Shown here piece by piece: positions 21,791 to 31,241 of a stretch of 64,000 bases of DNA; position 1 is the stretch's first letter, and every line of letters starts with the position of its first letter. Source of the stretch: Thermoanaerobaculia bacterium. Its GTDB lineage: Bacteria; Acidobacteriota; Thermoanaerobaculia; Multivoradales; UBA5704. The notes beneath the pieces are model-generated. The model did not search any database. It had not been told where the DNA came from and was given only the letters and a program-made list of their open reading frames with translations. Where the stretch lies: contig JBGAGQ010000028.1 of the NCBI GenBank assembly GCA_044226625.1, positions 1 through 64,000 on the forward strand. Reading direction: 5' to 3'. Both the position numbers and the translations under genes were made by a program.

Positions 21791-22519
21791 ATGGCCGAGA
21801 TAGAAGCCAGCCAGCGACTCAACATTCACGTCGAAGGCGGGTCAACCGTTGGGAATGTCTCACAGGTCTACGGAGCTCGCCGTAGCGAGCCGGGCCGTCG
21901 GGCAGACGACAGGTCGGTTCTGCTATTGATTGCGTCCGATCCGTACTCTCGCGACCGTCTCCGGCTGGATCTAGAAGTGAGGGCCGTTGAAGACGTGCTT
22001 CGATCATCCGGTCGTGAAGATAGCCTGGTCCTTGAACAGCTCTGGGCGCCGACTTTTTTCGATGTGCAAGAGGCCCTCCTTCGGTACCGGCCCACGTTCC
22101 TTCATTTCAGTGGCCATGGGACACCCCTCGGACAGCTGGAGTTCGAGAAGAGCCCGCGGCTGCCGAACGAGGGTAGACGCCCGAGCCAAAGCGATCAGCG
22201 AACGATTGATTCCTTTGCAGATCTCTTGAGAGGCATAGAAGGTGTGAGAATTCGTTGCTTGGTTTTGAACGCCTGCTTCTCCGAAACCCTGACGACAGAA
22301 GTTGCGGGGTGTGTGGACTGTGTGATCGGGCTCGCCGCAGAAGTCCACGACTCTGCAGCGGTCCAATTTGCTCGAGGTTTCTACGGAGGATTGGCGTGGG
22401 GGCAGAGCGTTCAGGCTGCGTTTGACCTGGGCGTCGCACAAGTGAGCTCGAAGAACGACGCGAGTCTCTATCGACTCATGGCTCCCACTTCCGATCCCCG
22501 ATCCGTGAAGATGCTGTAA
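21791..22519 (+). CDS. CHAT (caspase-like, clan CD) protease with an N-terminal amyloid-like motif
   Basis: LRLDLEVR, LHFSGHG (catalytic His), LVLNACFS (catalytic Cys), FARGFY...AF..G; N-terminus SQRLNIHVEGGSTVGNVSQ. Confidence 0.88.
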   Translation: MAEIEASQRLNIHVEGGSTVGNVSQVYGARRSEPGRRADDRSVLLLIASDPYSRDRLRLDLEVRAVEDVLRSSGREDSLVLEQLWAPTFFDVQEALLRYRPTFLHFSGHGTPLGQLEFEKSPRLPNEGRRPSQSDQRTIDSFADLLRGIEGVRIRCLVLNACFSETLTTEVAGCVDCVIGLAAEVHDSAAVQFARGFYGGLAWGQSVQAAFDLGVAQVSSKNDASLYRLMAPTSDPRSVKML

Positions 22520-22625
22520 TAGCTGTGAGGATGAAGCCTTGCCAAAGGTAACCAGCGAGCCTAACGCAACAACGCCGAAGTACTGCTTTCTTCCGTGAGG
22601 TTGAGTCTGGAGGCATCTCTCGAGC

Positions 22626-23918
22626 CTAGCCTGCCGGTATCGGCTCGGCGAGCAGGCTTTCGATGAGCCCTTCGAATTCCTTCTTGAGATCCGTGAAGTG
22701 GGCGCCGGTCCCCGGGCCGTCGAAGCCGGAATGGATCTTTCGCACTTTGCGGTCGCGGCCGAGGAAGATGGTGGTGGGGAAGGAGGCCACTCGAGTGAGG
22801 TCGGGCAGGGCAGCGCCGGCTTCTTTCTTGTCGTTGGTTCCGGCGAGTAACAGCGGATACGAAATGCCGTAGCGTTCGCCGAAGCGGCGGACGAATTCGC
22901 GATCGCGATCAGAGTCTCCGGTCACCTCGAAAGCGAGACCGACGATCTCGAGGCCCCGGTCGCGGTAGCGCTTGTGAAGCTCGGCGAGATAGGGCCCTTC
23001 GTCGTTGCAGTTGGGGCACCAGGAGCCGAACAGGTTGACCAGCACGACCTTGCCGGCGAAGCGCGGATCGTCGAGACCGACCGGTCGGCCCGAAAGATCG
23101 GGGAAACGGAAGCGGAAGGTTCCGTCGGGATTCGTGAGGCCGACCTCCTTCCAGGCGTCGGGGAGGACCGGTTCTCCGGCGGCGGCGCGCCGCGCGGTCC
23201 AGGTCGCGTGGTAGCTGTCTCTCGACCAGAAGTCTCCCGAGAGCGTTCCGCCCGGCTCCGCCTTCGCCTGGTACAGGAAGGCGTGGGCGCCGTCGAACGC
23301 GGAAAGGCGGAGAACTCCGTTCTCGTAGCTCCCTTCGAGGAAACGGTGATCGCCGGTCGGCGTGCGGAATGTCCCCGAGACGCGCGAACCCTCTTGGCGT
23401 AGCTCGGCCTCGGCCGGGGAGGCTCCCTCCTCGTCCACGAACGTCACCGCCCAGGGACCCCCGATTTGGGACACCGCATTGCGGGCGTCCGCTCCGACGG
23501 AAGGGAGTTGGGCCGCGTCGGCGGGCTGGAATCGGGGAGCGGAGGCTCCTTCCGGCTCTCGCTGGGCGAGGAACGGCATCGAGACGTAGCCGGCCTTGGC
23601 CCGCTTCTCCCATTGGCCTGAAAGCCGATCCCCTTTGATTTTCGCGACGATGCGCGAGTCGTAGCCGTCGAAGCGGAGGGTGAGATCCTCGCCCCGGGTC
23701 TCCACGGCGGAAACCGGTGCGCGCTCCTCTCCGTTCTGGACCGTGGCGCGAAGCCCTTGCGCGGTCGATTCGATCTGCAAGCCGAACGGCAACTCGCCGC
23801 CGGGCGAGGTGAGGACGGCCCGCCACCGGCCGACGGGTTTCGGCGCCTTTCCACAGGCGAAGGAAAGGAATGTCAGGGACGCGAGGACGAGCGCGACGGT
23901 CGGTCGAAGGAAGCGCAT
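22626..23918 (-). CDS. TlpA-family thiol-disulfide oxidoreductase lipoprotein
   Basis: Lipobox-like SFAC, GKVVLVNLFGSWCPNC, FPTTIF. Confidence 0.85.
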   Translation of the reverse strand: MRFLRPTVALVLASLTFLSFACGKAPKPVGRWRAVLTSPGGELPFGLQIESTAQGLRATVQNGEERAPVSAVETRGEDLTLRFDGYDSRIVAKIKGDRLSGQWEKRAKAGYVSMPFLAQREPEGASAPRFQPADAAQLPSVGADARNAVSQIGGPWAVTFVDEEGASPAEAELRQEGSRVSGTFRTPTGDHRFLEGSYENGVLRLSAFDGAHAFLYQAKAEPGGTLSGDFWSRDSYHATWTARRAAAGEPVLPDAWKEVGLTNPDGTFRFRFPDLSGRPVGLDDPRFAGKVVLVNLFGSWCPNCNDEGPYLAELHKRYRDRGLEIVGLAFEVTGDSDRDREFVRRFGERYGISYPLLLAGTNDKKEAGAALPDLTRVASFPTTIFLGRDRKVRKIHSGFDGPGTGAHFTDLKKEFEGLIESLLAEPIPAG

Positions 23919-23980
23919 TGGGTCATTCTAAGCGCTCGCTCGGAACCCTCTCGCGAAAACGCGCGTGCTAGCATCCGTCG

Positions 23981-24811
23981 GTGTCCGAAACGGTGGATTT
24001 GAGAGTGTGTCCCGAGTGCGGAGGACGGGGTTGGATCGTCGTGGCCGACGGCGGCAACGGTACGGCCCGGGTCTGCGTCTGCCGGGAGCGCGAGCGGATC
24101 CCCCGGCTGTTCGAGGCCGCGCGAATCCCCGAGCGCTATCGGCGTTGCCGCCTGCAGACGTTCGACCGAAGCCACAACCATTCGCGGGCGAAGGAACAGC
24201 TGCTGCGGGCGTATCGCGAGAGCGAGCGCTATCTCGATGAATTCCTGACCGAGAAGGGGGACTTTCGCGAGTCCGGGCTGATCTACTTCGGTCCCCCGGG
24301 CGTAGGCAAGACCCATCTCGCGGTCGCGGTGCTCTCCGAGCTGATCGAGCGATACGGCGTCCACGGGCGGTTCGTGAATTTCAACGAGCTGGTGCAGGAC
24401 ATCAAATCGACGTTCGATCCGAGCTCCGAGGAGTCGACGGCCCAGGTTTTCGATCCCCTCTCCCGCGCGGAGGTCCTGGTCTTCGACGAGTTGGGCGGAC
24501 AGAAACAGACGCCCTGGGTGAACGACCTCCTTTACCTCATCCTCAACCAGCGCTACGTGAAGCGCCTGCCGACGATCTTCACCACGAATTATCTGTTGCA
24601 GCCGGAACGGGCGGCCAAGGCGCCGGCCTCCGGTCCTCGCTCGCTCGACCGCGGAGCGGACGCTCCGGCCGACGTGGAGGTCACGCGGCTCCTCTCCTCC
24701 CGCCTCCCCGCGCCGCTCGTCTCGCGCATCTTCGAGATGGCAAAGCCCATCGACCTCGCCTCGGCGACCGATTTCCGTCGCGAGGTCTTGATGCACGGCA
24801 AGCATGCTTGA
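23981..24811 (+). CDS. DnaC/IstB-like AAA+ ATPase with an N-terminal Zn finger
   Basis: CPECGGRG...CVC, IPERY, GPPGVGKTHLA, VFDELG, TIFTTN, SRIFEM. Confidence 0.85.
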   Translation: MSETVDLRVCPECGGRGWIVVADGGNGTARVCVCRERERIPRLFEAARIPERYRRCRLQTFDRSHNHSRAKEQLLRAYRESERYLDEFLTEKGDFRESGLIYFGPPGVGKTHLAVAVLSELIERYGVHGRFVNFNELVQDIKSTFDPSSEESTAQVFDPLSRAEVLVFDELGGQKQTPWVNDLLYLILNQRYVKRLPTIFTTNYLLQPERAAKAPASGPRSLDRGADAPADVEVTRLLSSRLPAPLVSRIFEMAKPIDLASATDFRREVLMHGKHA

Positions 24812-25733
24812 AGGGCGGCCTCGCCTCTCGGCGATCGACTGCGTGGAGCACGGCACGGCGAGCCTGCGCGCGAGCTGGCCGGTGTTGGCGGGAGCCCGAG
24901 TGCTGCGCAACCTCGTCCTCCTCCTGCTCATGGCGCTCAGCTTGGTTCCGCCGCTCGCGGTCATCGGGTTCGACGTCTGGGGCGATCTTCCGCACGATGC
25001 GAACGACGCGCTCGACTGGTTGGCCACCTTCGTCGGTCGGCTTGCACCGACGCCTGCCCTCCTCGGCGCGTTCGGCGTGATGTTGGGAGTCTGGTTGCTC
25101 GCCGGCTACCTCTACTGCTACTTCCAGGCCGGTTTATTCGGGGTTCTCGACGCGGCGGAGCAGAACCGGGGCGTGAGGTTCCGTTGGGCCGACTTCGATC
25201 GGTTCGGGAGGCGCCGGCTGAATCCCATGTTCGCGCTCGCGAACCTCTACGGCGCAATCATTGGAGGGCTCATGGTGCTCGGCCTCCTGATCGCCCTGGC
25301 CGGCGTGGGGGCCGCCCGAACGGGAGGAGCTCCGGGGGTGCTCGCGGGGCTCGGCATCGGTTGCGCCGGCTTGGCGCCGATCTTCGTGCTGCTCGTGGGG
25401 AGCGGCCTCTGGTTCGACCTCGCCTGTGCGCAGCTCGTGCGGGAGGGTTCGAACGTGCGCGGCGCGGCGCGAGACGCTTGGTGGATCCTGCGTAGGCGGG
25501 TGGGAACGGTGGGGCTTCTGCTGGTATTGTTCATGGCGGCATCGATGGTGATCCAGGTCGCGCTCTCTCCGTTTTCCGCCATGGCTTCGTTCACCTCGAA
25601 CGGGGAAACCTTGCGGTTGATCGCGGGCCAGCTGGTCTCGAATCTCTTGGGTCTCGTGCCGAGCGCCTTCATCGAATCGGTATTTGCCGGGTCGCTCGTC
25701 GCCCTGGTGGCCTCGGAGGCGTTTCGCGCGTGA
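24804..25733 (+). CDS. Hypothetical integral membrane protein
   Basis: About six hydrophobic helices; overlaps both neighbours in operon fashion. Confidence 0.65.
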   Translation: MLEGRPRLSAIDCVEHGTASLRASWPVLAGARVLRNLVLLLLMALSLVPPLAVIGFDVWGDLPHDANDALDWLATFVGRLAPTPALLGAFGVMLGVWLLAGYLYCYFQAGLFGVLDAAEQNRGVRFRWADFDRFGRRRLNPMFALANLYGAIIGGLMVLGLLIALAGVGAARTGGAPGVLAGLGIGCAGLAPIFVLLVGSGLWFDLACAQLVREGSNVRGAARDAWWILRRRVGTVGLLLVLFMAASMVIQVALSPFSAMASFTSNGETLRLIAGQLVSNLLGLVPSAFIESVFAGSLVALVASEAFRA

Positions 25734-28045
25734 GGCGATCCGTCGCCCTCGCGCTCGTCGCGGTCGTTTCGGCAGCCTGTGCCCGTAACACTCCGCGCCC
25801 CGTGACACCGCGGCCAGCGCCGGGGAAAGTCGCTCCGAAACCGGCGCCGCAAGCTCCCAAGCCCGCCGAACCGAAGCCGACCCCGGGCAAGCCGGCCTCC
25901 CCTCCGGTCGCTCCGAAGACCACGCCCCAACCGACCCCGAAAGTGGAGCCGCCGAAGGCGCCCGCACCGCCGCGCTCCGGAGCGCAGACTCGTCGCCTGC
26001 CGGGCGGAAATCCCTTGATCAAGATCGGGCTCGCGAGCGACATGCCCGCGGTGGTCCTCCCCTGCTGCGAAAGCGACGTATCGGTGCAGGTCGGCAACGA
26101 CCCCCGCCCGGTGGCGATCGCGTCGCCGATCCGCGTCGAACCGGCGGCCGGCGCGGCGGAGCTCGGCATCTATCGCATCCAGGTGGCGGCGCTGCGGGAC
26201 GAAGGGCAGGCGGCCGGCCTGGCGGCGAGCCTCTCCACTCGATTGGGCCAGCCGGCCGATTCGCACTTCGATGCCGGCGGGGACCTCTACCGCGTCCGAG
26301 TCGGCAGCTATCCGACGAAAGAGGCGGCGGACGCCGATCTGAGGCGCCTTTCGAGCCTCGGTGTCACCGACGCCTGGGTGGTCTCGGAGGGCGCCCACGT
26401 CTCCTCCCCGGCGTTGCGCATCACCCAGAACGGTGAGAGCAAGGTCTATCCGGGACGGTGGCTCGCGGTGTACACCGGAGGCGGTCGTGGGATCGCGGTG
26501 GAGGGGAAGCGCTACCGTGGGCGCATCCTGGTCTTCCTGAACGACCGCGGATCGCTGAACCTGATCGACGAGCTGCCGCTCGAGGAGTATCTGCGCGGGG
26601 TCGTGCCGAGCGAGATGGGGCCGGAGCAATACCCCCGGATCGAGGCGATCAAGGCCCAAACCGTCGCCGCGCGGACCTACGCGCTACGCAACCTCGGTGA
26701 GTTCGCCCGCGAGGGGTACGACATCTGCGCCACGCCCCGTTGCCAGGTCTACGGCGGCATGGGGGTCGAGCATCCGGTCTCCGATCGCGCGATCTCGGAG
26801 ACGGCGGGGCAGGTCCTGCTTTACGACGGCGAGCTGATCGACGCCCTCTACAGCTCGACTTGCGGCGGCCATACCGAGGACGTGAGCGTGATGTTCCCGT
26901 TCAAGTCCGATCCGTATTTGAAGGCGGTCCCGTGCGTCGAAGCGGGGAGCGACACGCTCGAGGGGACCTATCCCGCCGGGGAGGCGTTTCCCGCGGGGCT
27001 CGCGCGGAGGCTCTTTCCTCCCGTGGCGGGCGCCGCTCCCGAAGAGAACCTGGAGGCCCGCCTCGAACACCTCGGTCTCCTGGCCGGCCTCGCGATGCCG
27101 GAGCAGCGCCTGGCATCGCTCGATCGGCGCGAGGTCCAGCGTTTTCTGTTTTCGGCGTTCGACCTCGCCCTCGACGCTCGCTTGTTGATGGCGCAGGAAG
27201 ACATTGCCTATCTGCTCCAGGACGCTCCGCCGGGCTGGAGCGACGAGGACCGGATGCGGGCCGCCTACCTGCGCAAGGGCGGCCTCCTCGGAGGCTCGCT
27301 CGCGAACGCCGTGGGTGAAGAGGAGCAGGACGCCTTGTTGCTCGCCCTCGCGGAGCGGCTGCAGGTGATGCGCCGCGAGCCGGTGTCGTACCTGTCGGTC
27401 GCCGATGGCCAGATGGTCGTTCGAGCGGACAAGGAGGACCGGGTTCAGCTCCTACCGCAGTCGTTCGGAACCTTTCGGCGCACCGGCGACCTGGTGTCCT
27501 CGGGGCCGCTGCGGCTGGTCGCGGGCGACCGGCTGACCTTCTACTGGCTCGGCGGCGCGCTCGCCGCGATCGTCCAGGACGTCGACCTCGAAGGGGTCGC
27601 GTTCGATCGGAGCAGCAAATTCTCCTCCTGGACTCGCTTTCGCAGCGACGCCCAGATCGCCAAGCAGATGCAGACGCGGTTTCCCGGCGTCGGCTTCTCG
27701 GGGCAGATGGAGATCCTCACCCGCGGCGCCTCCGGCCGCGTCGGGCAAGTCCGCATCTATGGCGACGGCACGAACGGCGGGCCGGCCAGCGTGGTGGTGG
27801 CGGGCCTGCCCATCCGCTGGACGTTGGACGTCCCCGACACCCTTTTCACGATGAAGCGGCTCGAGCCGCCGCAGGGCGAAAAAGGGTGGCTGTTCGTGGG
27901 ACGGGGGTGGGGGCACGGCGTGGGCATGTGCCAGGTGGGCGCCTACGGCATGGCGCAACGAGGCCATACCTATCGCGAGATCCTGCTCCACTATTACCGC
28001 GGGGCCGAGCTTGCGAGGTTGAAGCCGCCCCCAGGGGCTCCCTAA
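25730..28045 (+). CDS. SpoIID/LytB lytic transglycosylase lipoprotein with SPOR domain
   Basis: Lipobox SAAC, Pro/Lys linker, SPOR (YRIQV..., YRVRVG), LEEYLRGVVPSEM, AVAARTY-like, CQVYGG, GWGHGVGMCQ. Confidence 0.9.
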   Translation: MRRSVALALVAVVSAACARNTPRPVTPRPAPGKVAPKPAPQAPKPAEPKPTPGKPASPPVAPKTTPQPTPKVEPPKAPAPPRSGAQTRRLPGGNPLIKIGLASDMPAVVLPCCESDVSVQVGNDPRPVAIASPIRVEPAAGAAELGIYRIQVAALRDEGQAAGLAASLSTRLGQPADSHFDAGGDLYRVRVGSYPTKEAADADLRRLSSLGVTDAWVVSEGAHVSSPALRITQNGESKVYPGRWLAVYTGGGRGIAVEGKRYRGRILVFLNDRGSLNLIDELPLEEYLRGVVPSEMGPEQYPRIEAIKAQTVAARTYALRNLGEFAREGYDICATPRCQVYGGMGVEHPVSDRAISETAGQVLLYDGELIDALYSSTCGGHTEDVSVMFPFKSDPYLKAVPCVEAGSDTLEGTYPAGEAFPAGLARRLFPPVAGAAPEENLEARLEHLGLLAGLAMPEQRLASLDRREVQRFLFSAFDLALDARLLMAQEDIAYLLQDAPPGWSDEDRMRAAYLRKGGLLGGSLANAVGEEEQDALLLALAERLQVMRREPVSYLSVADGQMVVRADKEDRVQLLPQSFGTFRRTGDLVSSGPLRLVAGDRLTFYWLGGALAAIVQDVDLEGVAFDRSSKFSSWTRFRSDAQIAKQMQTRFPGVGFSGQMEILTRGASGRVGQVRIYGDGTNGGPASVVVAGLPIRWTLDVPDTLFTMKRLEPPQGEKGWLFVGRGWGHGVGMCQVGAYGMAQRGHTYREILLHYYRGAELARLKPPPGAP

Positions 28046-28119
28046 GCTCCGACGTTTCTAGACACAGCCCTTTGGCGAGAGAGGGAGGCGGCCCCGCGAT
28101 CACCCGCGGAAAGCCAAAC

Positions 28120-29202
28120 CTAGGTTTCCCAGACGTGGTCGCGTCCCCGCCCTTCCTGTTTGCTCCGGTAGAGGGCCTGGTCTGCCTTCTCGGTCAGCTC
28201 CGAAAGGGAACGTCCATCCTTCGGGTAGGCCGCGATGCCGGTCGAGATCGACACCGGAAGCCTCGCCTCGCCCACGTCGAGCGGATGCCGTTCGAGGTAA
28301 GCCCGGACGCGGCGACAGTAGGCGAGCGCACCTTCGCTGGGGGTACCGGCCAGGCGGACGATGAACTCGTCGCCGCCGATCCGCGAGCAGAGGTCGTCGC
28401 CGCTTCGGGCCGCGCTTCGGATGCCGTCGGCGACGGTCCGAATCAGCTCCGAGCCCAGGGTGTGGCCGAAATTGTCGTTGATTCGTTTGAGCCCGTCGAC
28501 GTCGACCATGACGATCGAATAGGCGGAACCGAGCGAACCGCGCAGATCGGCCGAGGTGGTGAAGAACCGCAGGTTCGGCAGGCCGGTGAGCGCGTCCGTG
28601 TGCGCCGCCACGTAGAGCGAACGGTGAAGGCTCACGCCGAGGGGACCTGCCTCCGCACAGAAATAGGCGACCAGCCAGAGGCTGATCAGCGGCCAGACCA
28701 GATGTCCGACGAGCGCGGGCCACTCCTCGCTCGGTCCCACCCCGCCGAGGCGGCCGTCGAGCGGCAGCAGGACGGCGAGGATCAGAATCGTCGCGAGGCC
28801 CGCCTTGGCGTAGGTCTGACGTCGCGCGGCCGCCGGGGCGCTCTCGTAGAGGACGATGTAGTAGAAGAAGAACAGCGGGCTTTCAGTGGCTCCGGAAAAC
28901 AGCACCACGGCCGTGATCCAGAGCAGGTCGATTGCCCCTTCGATCCAGACCCGGCCGTCGACCGAGAAGCGGGCCAACAGGCGCGAGTGGAGGGTGAGCG
29001 TGTAGAGCATCATCACGCTCGCAAGGCTCCACAGTACCAATCGGTCCGCCCGCGGCTGGATCAGCGGGTAGAGGACGACCAGCGCCGAGGCGAGGTAGTG
29101 GAGGTTTCGAACCAGCAGAGAGTACGAACGGAACCGCTCCCGCTCGATCGCGGCGAGCGCGTTGGAAGGCTCGAACGACCGGGCCGAGTCCTGGGCGGGC
29201 AT
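28120..29202 (-). CDS. Membrane-bound diguanylate cyclase
   Basis: TM helices, then TDALTGLPN, DVDGLKRINDNFGH, RIGGDEF, ADQALY.SK..GR. Confidence 0.9.
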   Translation of the reverse strand: MPAQDSARSFEPSNALAAIERERFRSYSLLVRNLHYLASALVVLYPLIQPRADRLVLWSLASVMMLYTLTLHSRLLARFSVDGRVWIEGAIDLLWITAVVLFSGATESPLFFFYYIVLYESAPAAARRQTYAKAGLATILILAVLLPLDGRLGGVGPSEEWPALVGHLVWPLISLWLVAYFCAEAGPLGVSLHRSLYVAAHTDALTGLPNLRFFTTSADLRGSLGSAYSIVMVDVDGLKRINDNFGHTLGSELIRTVADGIRSAARSGDDLCSRIGGDEFIVRLAGTPSEGALAYCRRVRAYLERHPLDVGEARLPVSISTGIAAYPKDGRSLSELTEKADQALYRSKQEGRGRDHVWET

Positions 29203-31241
29203 CAGGCGGATCCTTCCGTCGAGCCGAGGGGCGGAGCCGCACCGTCCGGAACGGTTCGTACCTTGAGCGACGAGACCTCGCCGAAGATCGGATGGAGGTC
29301 CGCTTCCCACCCTCGTCGTAGGCGCTCGACCCTCGGAGCCATAGACGATTCTGACCCGGATTCGAGCGGAGGCCAAGAGAGGATCAGACGGCCGAGCCCG
29401 CGCTCCAAAAGTCGACGGGGAAGCCGGAGGCTCGAGCGGCGCCAGGAGCGTCCGGCCGCAAACTCTCCTAGAGCGGAGAGCGTCCCCGAAGATCCTCGGT
29501 AGGAGACGCGGACCGTGCTTTCCCGGTCCGACGCCGCGGGGCACCGGAGCACCGAGCGGATCTCGAGGTCGGTCTCTCCGGAGGAGATCAGCGCGAAGGC
29601 CGACTCGGGCCAGGGATAACGAAGGAAGGCCCGCCGCGGCAGGTCCTCGTGGTCAAACAGATCGGCGAACGGCAGCTCGAGCGGCTCCCACGGCCAGGGT
29701 GGTCGGGCGAGCTCGGTCCAGGCCGGCCCGATCGCGCGGCAGAGAATTCGGCGGTGCAGGATATCGGTGAGGCTCGAGCCCCTTTCAGCGAGGACGGTTC
29801 GGGCGGCTTCGAGCAGCGCGGCATCGAGGAAATCCCAACGCCAGCCGTGGGGAAGGCCGAGCCGGCAAGGGGAATCGAGGTTCCGCCGCTGTGCCGGCGT
29901 GAGGAGCGCCGGCACGGGGGAGGTCCTCGCCTCGATCAGGTCGCCGAGCGCTTGTTCCGCATGCGGCGAGAGCGCGAGCGCCTCGGTGAGGTAGGGGGCG
30001 AGGAATTCTCCCTTGTTCGAGAGCGGAAGGAGCCGATGCGCGCCGTGGATCGCCGCGCCGAGCCTGGCCGTAGCTTCCGTTTCCGCCGAGATCGGGAGCG
30101 CCCGGGCGTGGGACTCCAGGGTGGCGCGGTCGATCCCTTCGAACGTTTCGCCGAGGAACGGCAGGATCTCGCGGGCGATCGCCGCGGCGGCGATCCGGAG
30201 GCCCTCCGACGAGTGGTGGCAGTAATCGAGGAAGAAGCGGCGATCGGGAATCGGCGAGTCGGAGGCCTCAGCGAGTCGCTGGCGAAGGTCGACCCGAAGC
30301 CAGCCGTGGCGGTTCACCGCGGATTCAAGGATCTCCGCGCTCTGGGTGGTCGCCTGCGGCGCGCCGAGGTTCGCGATGGTCGGATACGTCGCGGCGTCGA
30401 CCTCGGCGCGAAAAGCGGCTGCCGCGTCCTCCGAACGGCCGAGCTTTTCGAGCGCACGCCCCAACAGCCGGTAGCCGGTCGGGCAGAGTCCGCCGTCGAT
30501 CTCGAGGAGCGCATGGGCGTAGCGCGCCGCCTCCCGCGCATCCTCCCGGTCGAGCGCGTCGCGTCCCTCGGCGAGCCGCCGGTGCCAGCGCATCGCGGTG
30601 GCACCTTCGAGGCCCGCCGGAGGTTGCAGGTTTTCCCAGCCGTCGAGGTTCACCTCGGGAATGACGACCACGACCGGGATTCCTATCGCGCGGGCGATGT
30701 CCGCGATCCGATCGAAGGCTGCCTCGGCGCGGTCGGCGATCCGTCGGCGCCCTTCCGCCACGACCGCGGCGACCGAACGGCTGAGCAGCTCGCCGAACGC
30801 GCGGCGCGCGGGCGGCGATGGGGCCGAGGCGGAGAGCTCCGGCGTCTCGAGCAGATTCCAGTTGTTGCCCGCCCAGATCACCAAAATGTCGGGCTGAATC
30901 TGGATCGCCGCTTCGACCGTTCCGACCAGGCCGGCGAGCGTTTCATTGGTCCGCGCGAGGTCGACGACCTCCGTGAGCCCCGGAGCCGCGGCCTCCAAGG
31001 TGGCCGCGAGGATCTTCGCCGGGGTCACGGCCGGCGCGTAGAGGTATCCGGCGGCGACCGACTCGCCGAACAGGACCACGCGCAGCGGCAGCTCGGAGCG
31101 CTTCGGCCGCAGGATCGGCGCGTCGGCGAAGTGATCGCCCAAGGGAGACGGCTCCGGTCGGACGAAGACGGCGTCTCCGGACGGGTCGAGCCGAGGTTTC
31201 CAGATGGAGATCGGCCGGGGTGGGCGGCGGGGCTCAGACAA
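29202..31241 (-). CDS. SGNH-like hydrolase/acyltransferase with a TPR-like insert
   Basis: VVLFGESVAAG, IWAGNN, FLDYCH (DxxH). Confidence 0.6.
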   Translation of the reverse strand: MSEPRRPPRPISIWKPRLDPSGDAVFVRPEPSPLGDHFADAPILRPKRSELPLRVVLFGESVAAGYLYAPAVTPAKILAATLEAAAPGLTEVVDLARTNETLAGLVGTVEAAIQIQPDILVIWAGNNWNLLETPELSASAPSPPARRAFGELLSRSVAAVVAEGRRRIADRAEAAFDRIADIARAIGIPVVVVIPEVNLDGWENLQPPAGLEGATAMRWHRRLAEGRDALDREDAREAARYAHALLEIDGGLCPTGYRLLGRALEKLGRSEDAAAAFRAEVDAATYPTIANLGAPQATTQSAEILESAVNRHGWLRVDLRQRLAEASDSPIPDRRFFLDYCHHSSEGLRIAAAAIAREILPFLGETFEGIDRATLESHARALPISAETEATARLGAAIHGAHRLLPLSNKGEFLAPYLTEALALSPHAEQALGDLIEARTSPVPALLTPAQRRNLDSPCRLGLPHGWRWDFLDAALLEAARTVLAERGSSLTDILHRRILCRAIGPAWTELARPPWPWEPLELPFADLFDHEDLPRRAFLRYPWPESAFALISSGETDLEIRSVLRCPAASDRESTVRVSYRGSSGTLSALGEFAAGRSWRRSSLRLPRRLLERGLGRLILSWPPLESGSESSMAPRVERLRRGWEADLHPIFGEVSSLKVRTVPDGAAPPLGSTEGSA

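Noticed and set aside
23981-24811. IS21 istB or prophage replication module
   Set aside because: No istA, inverted repeats or phage genes; the gene is embedded in a host-like operon.
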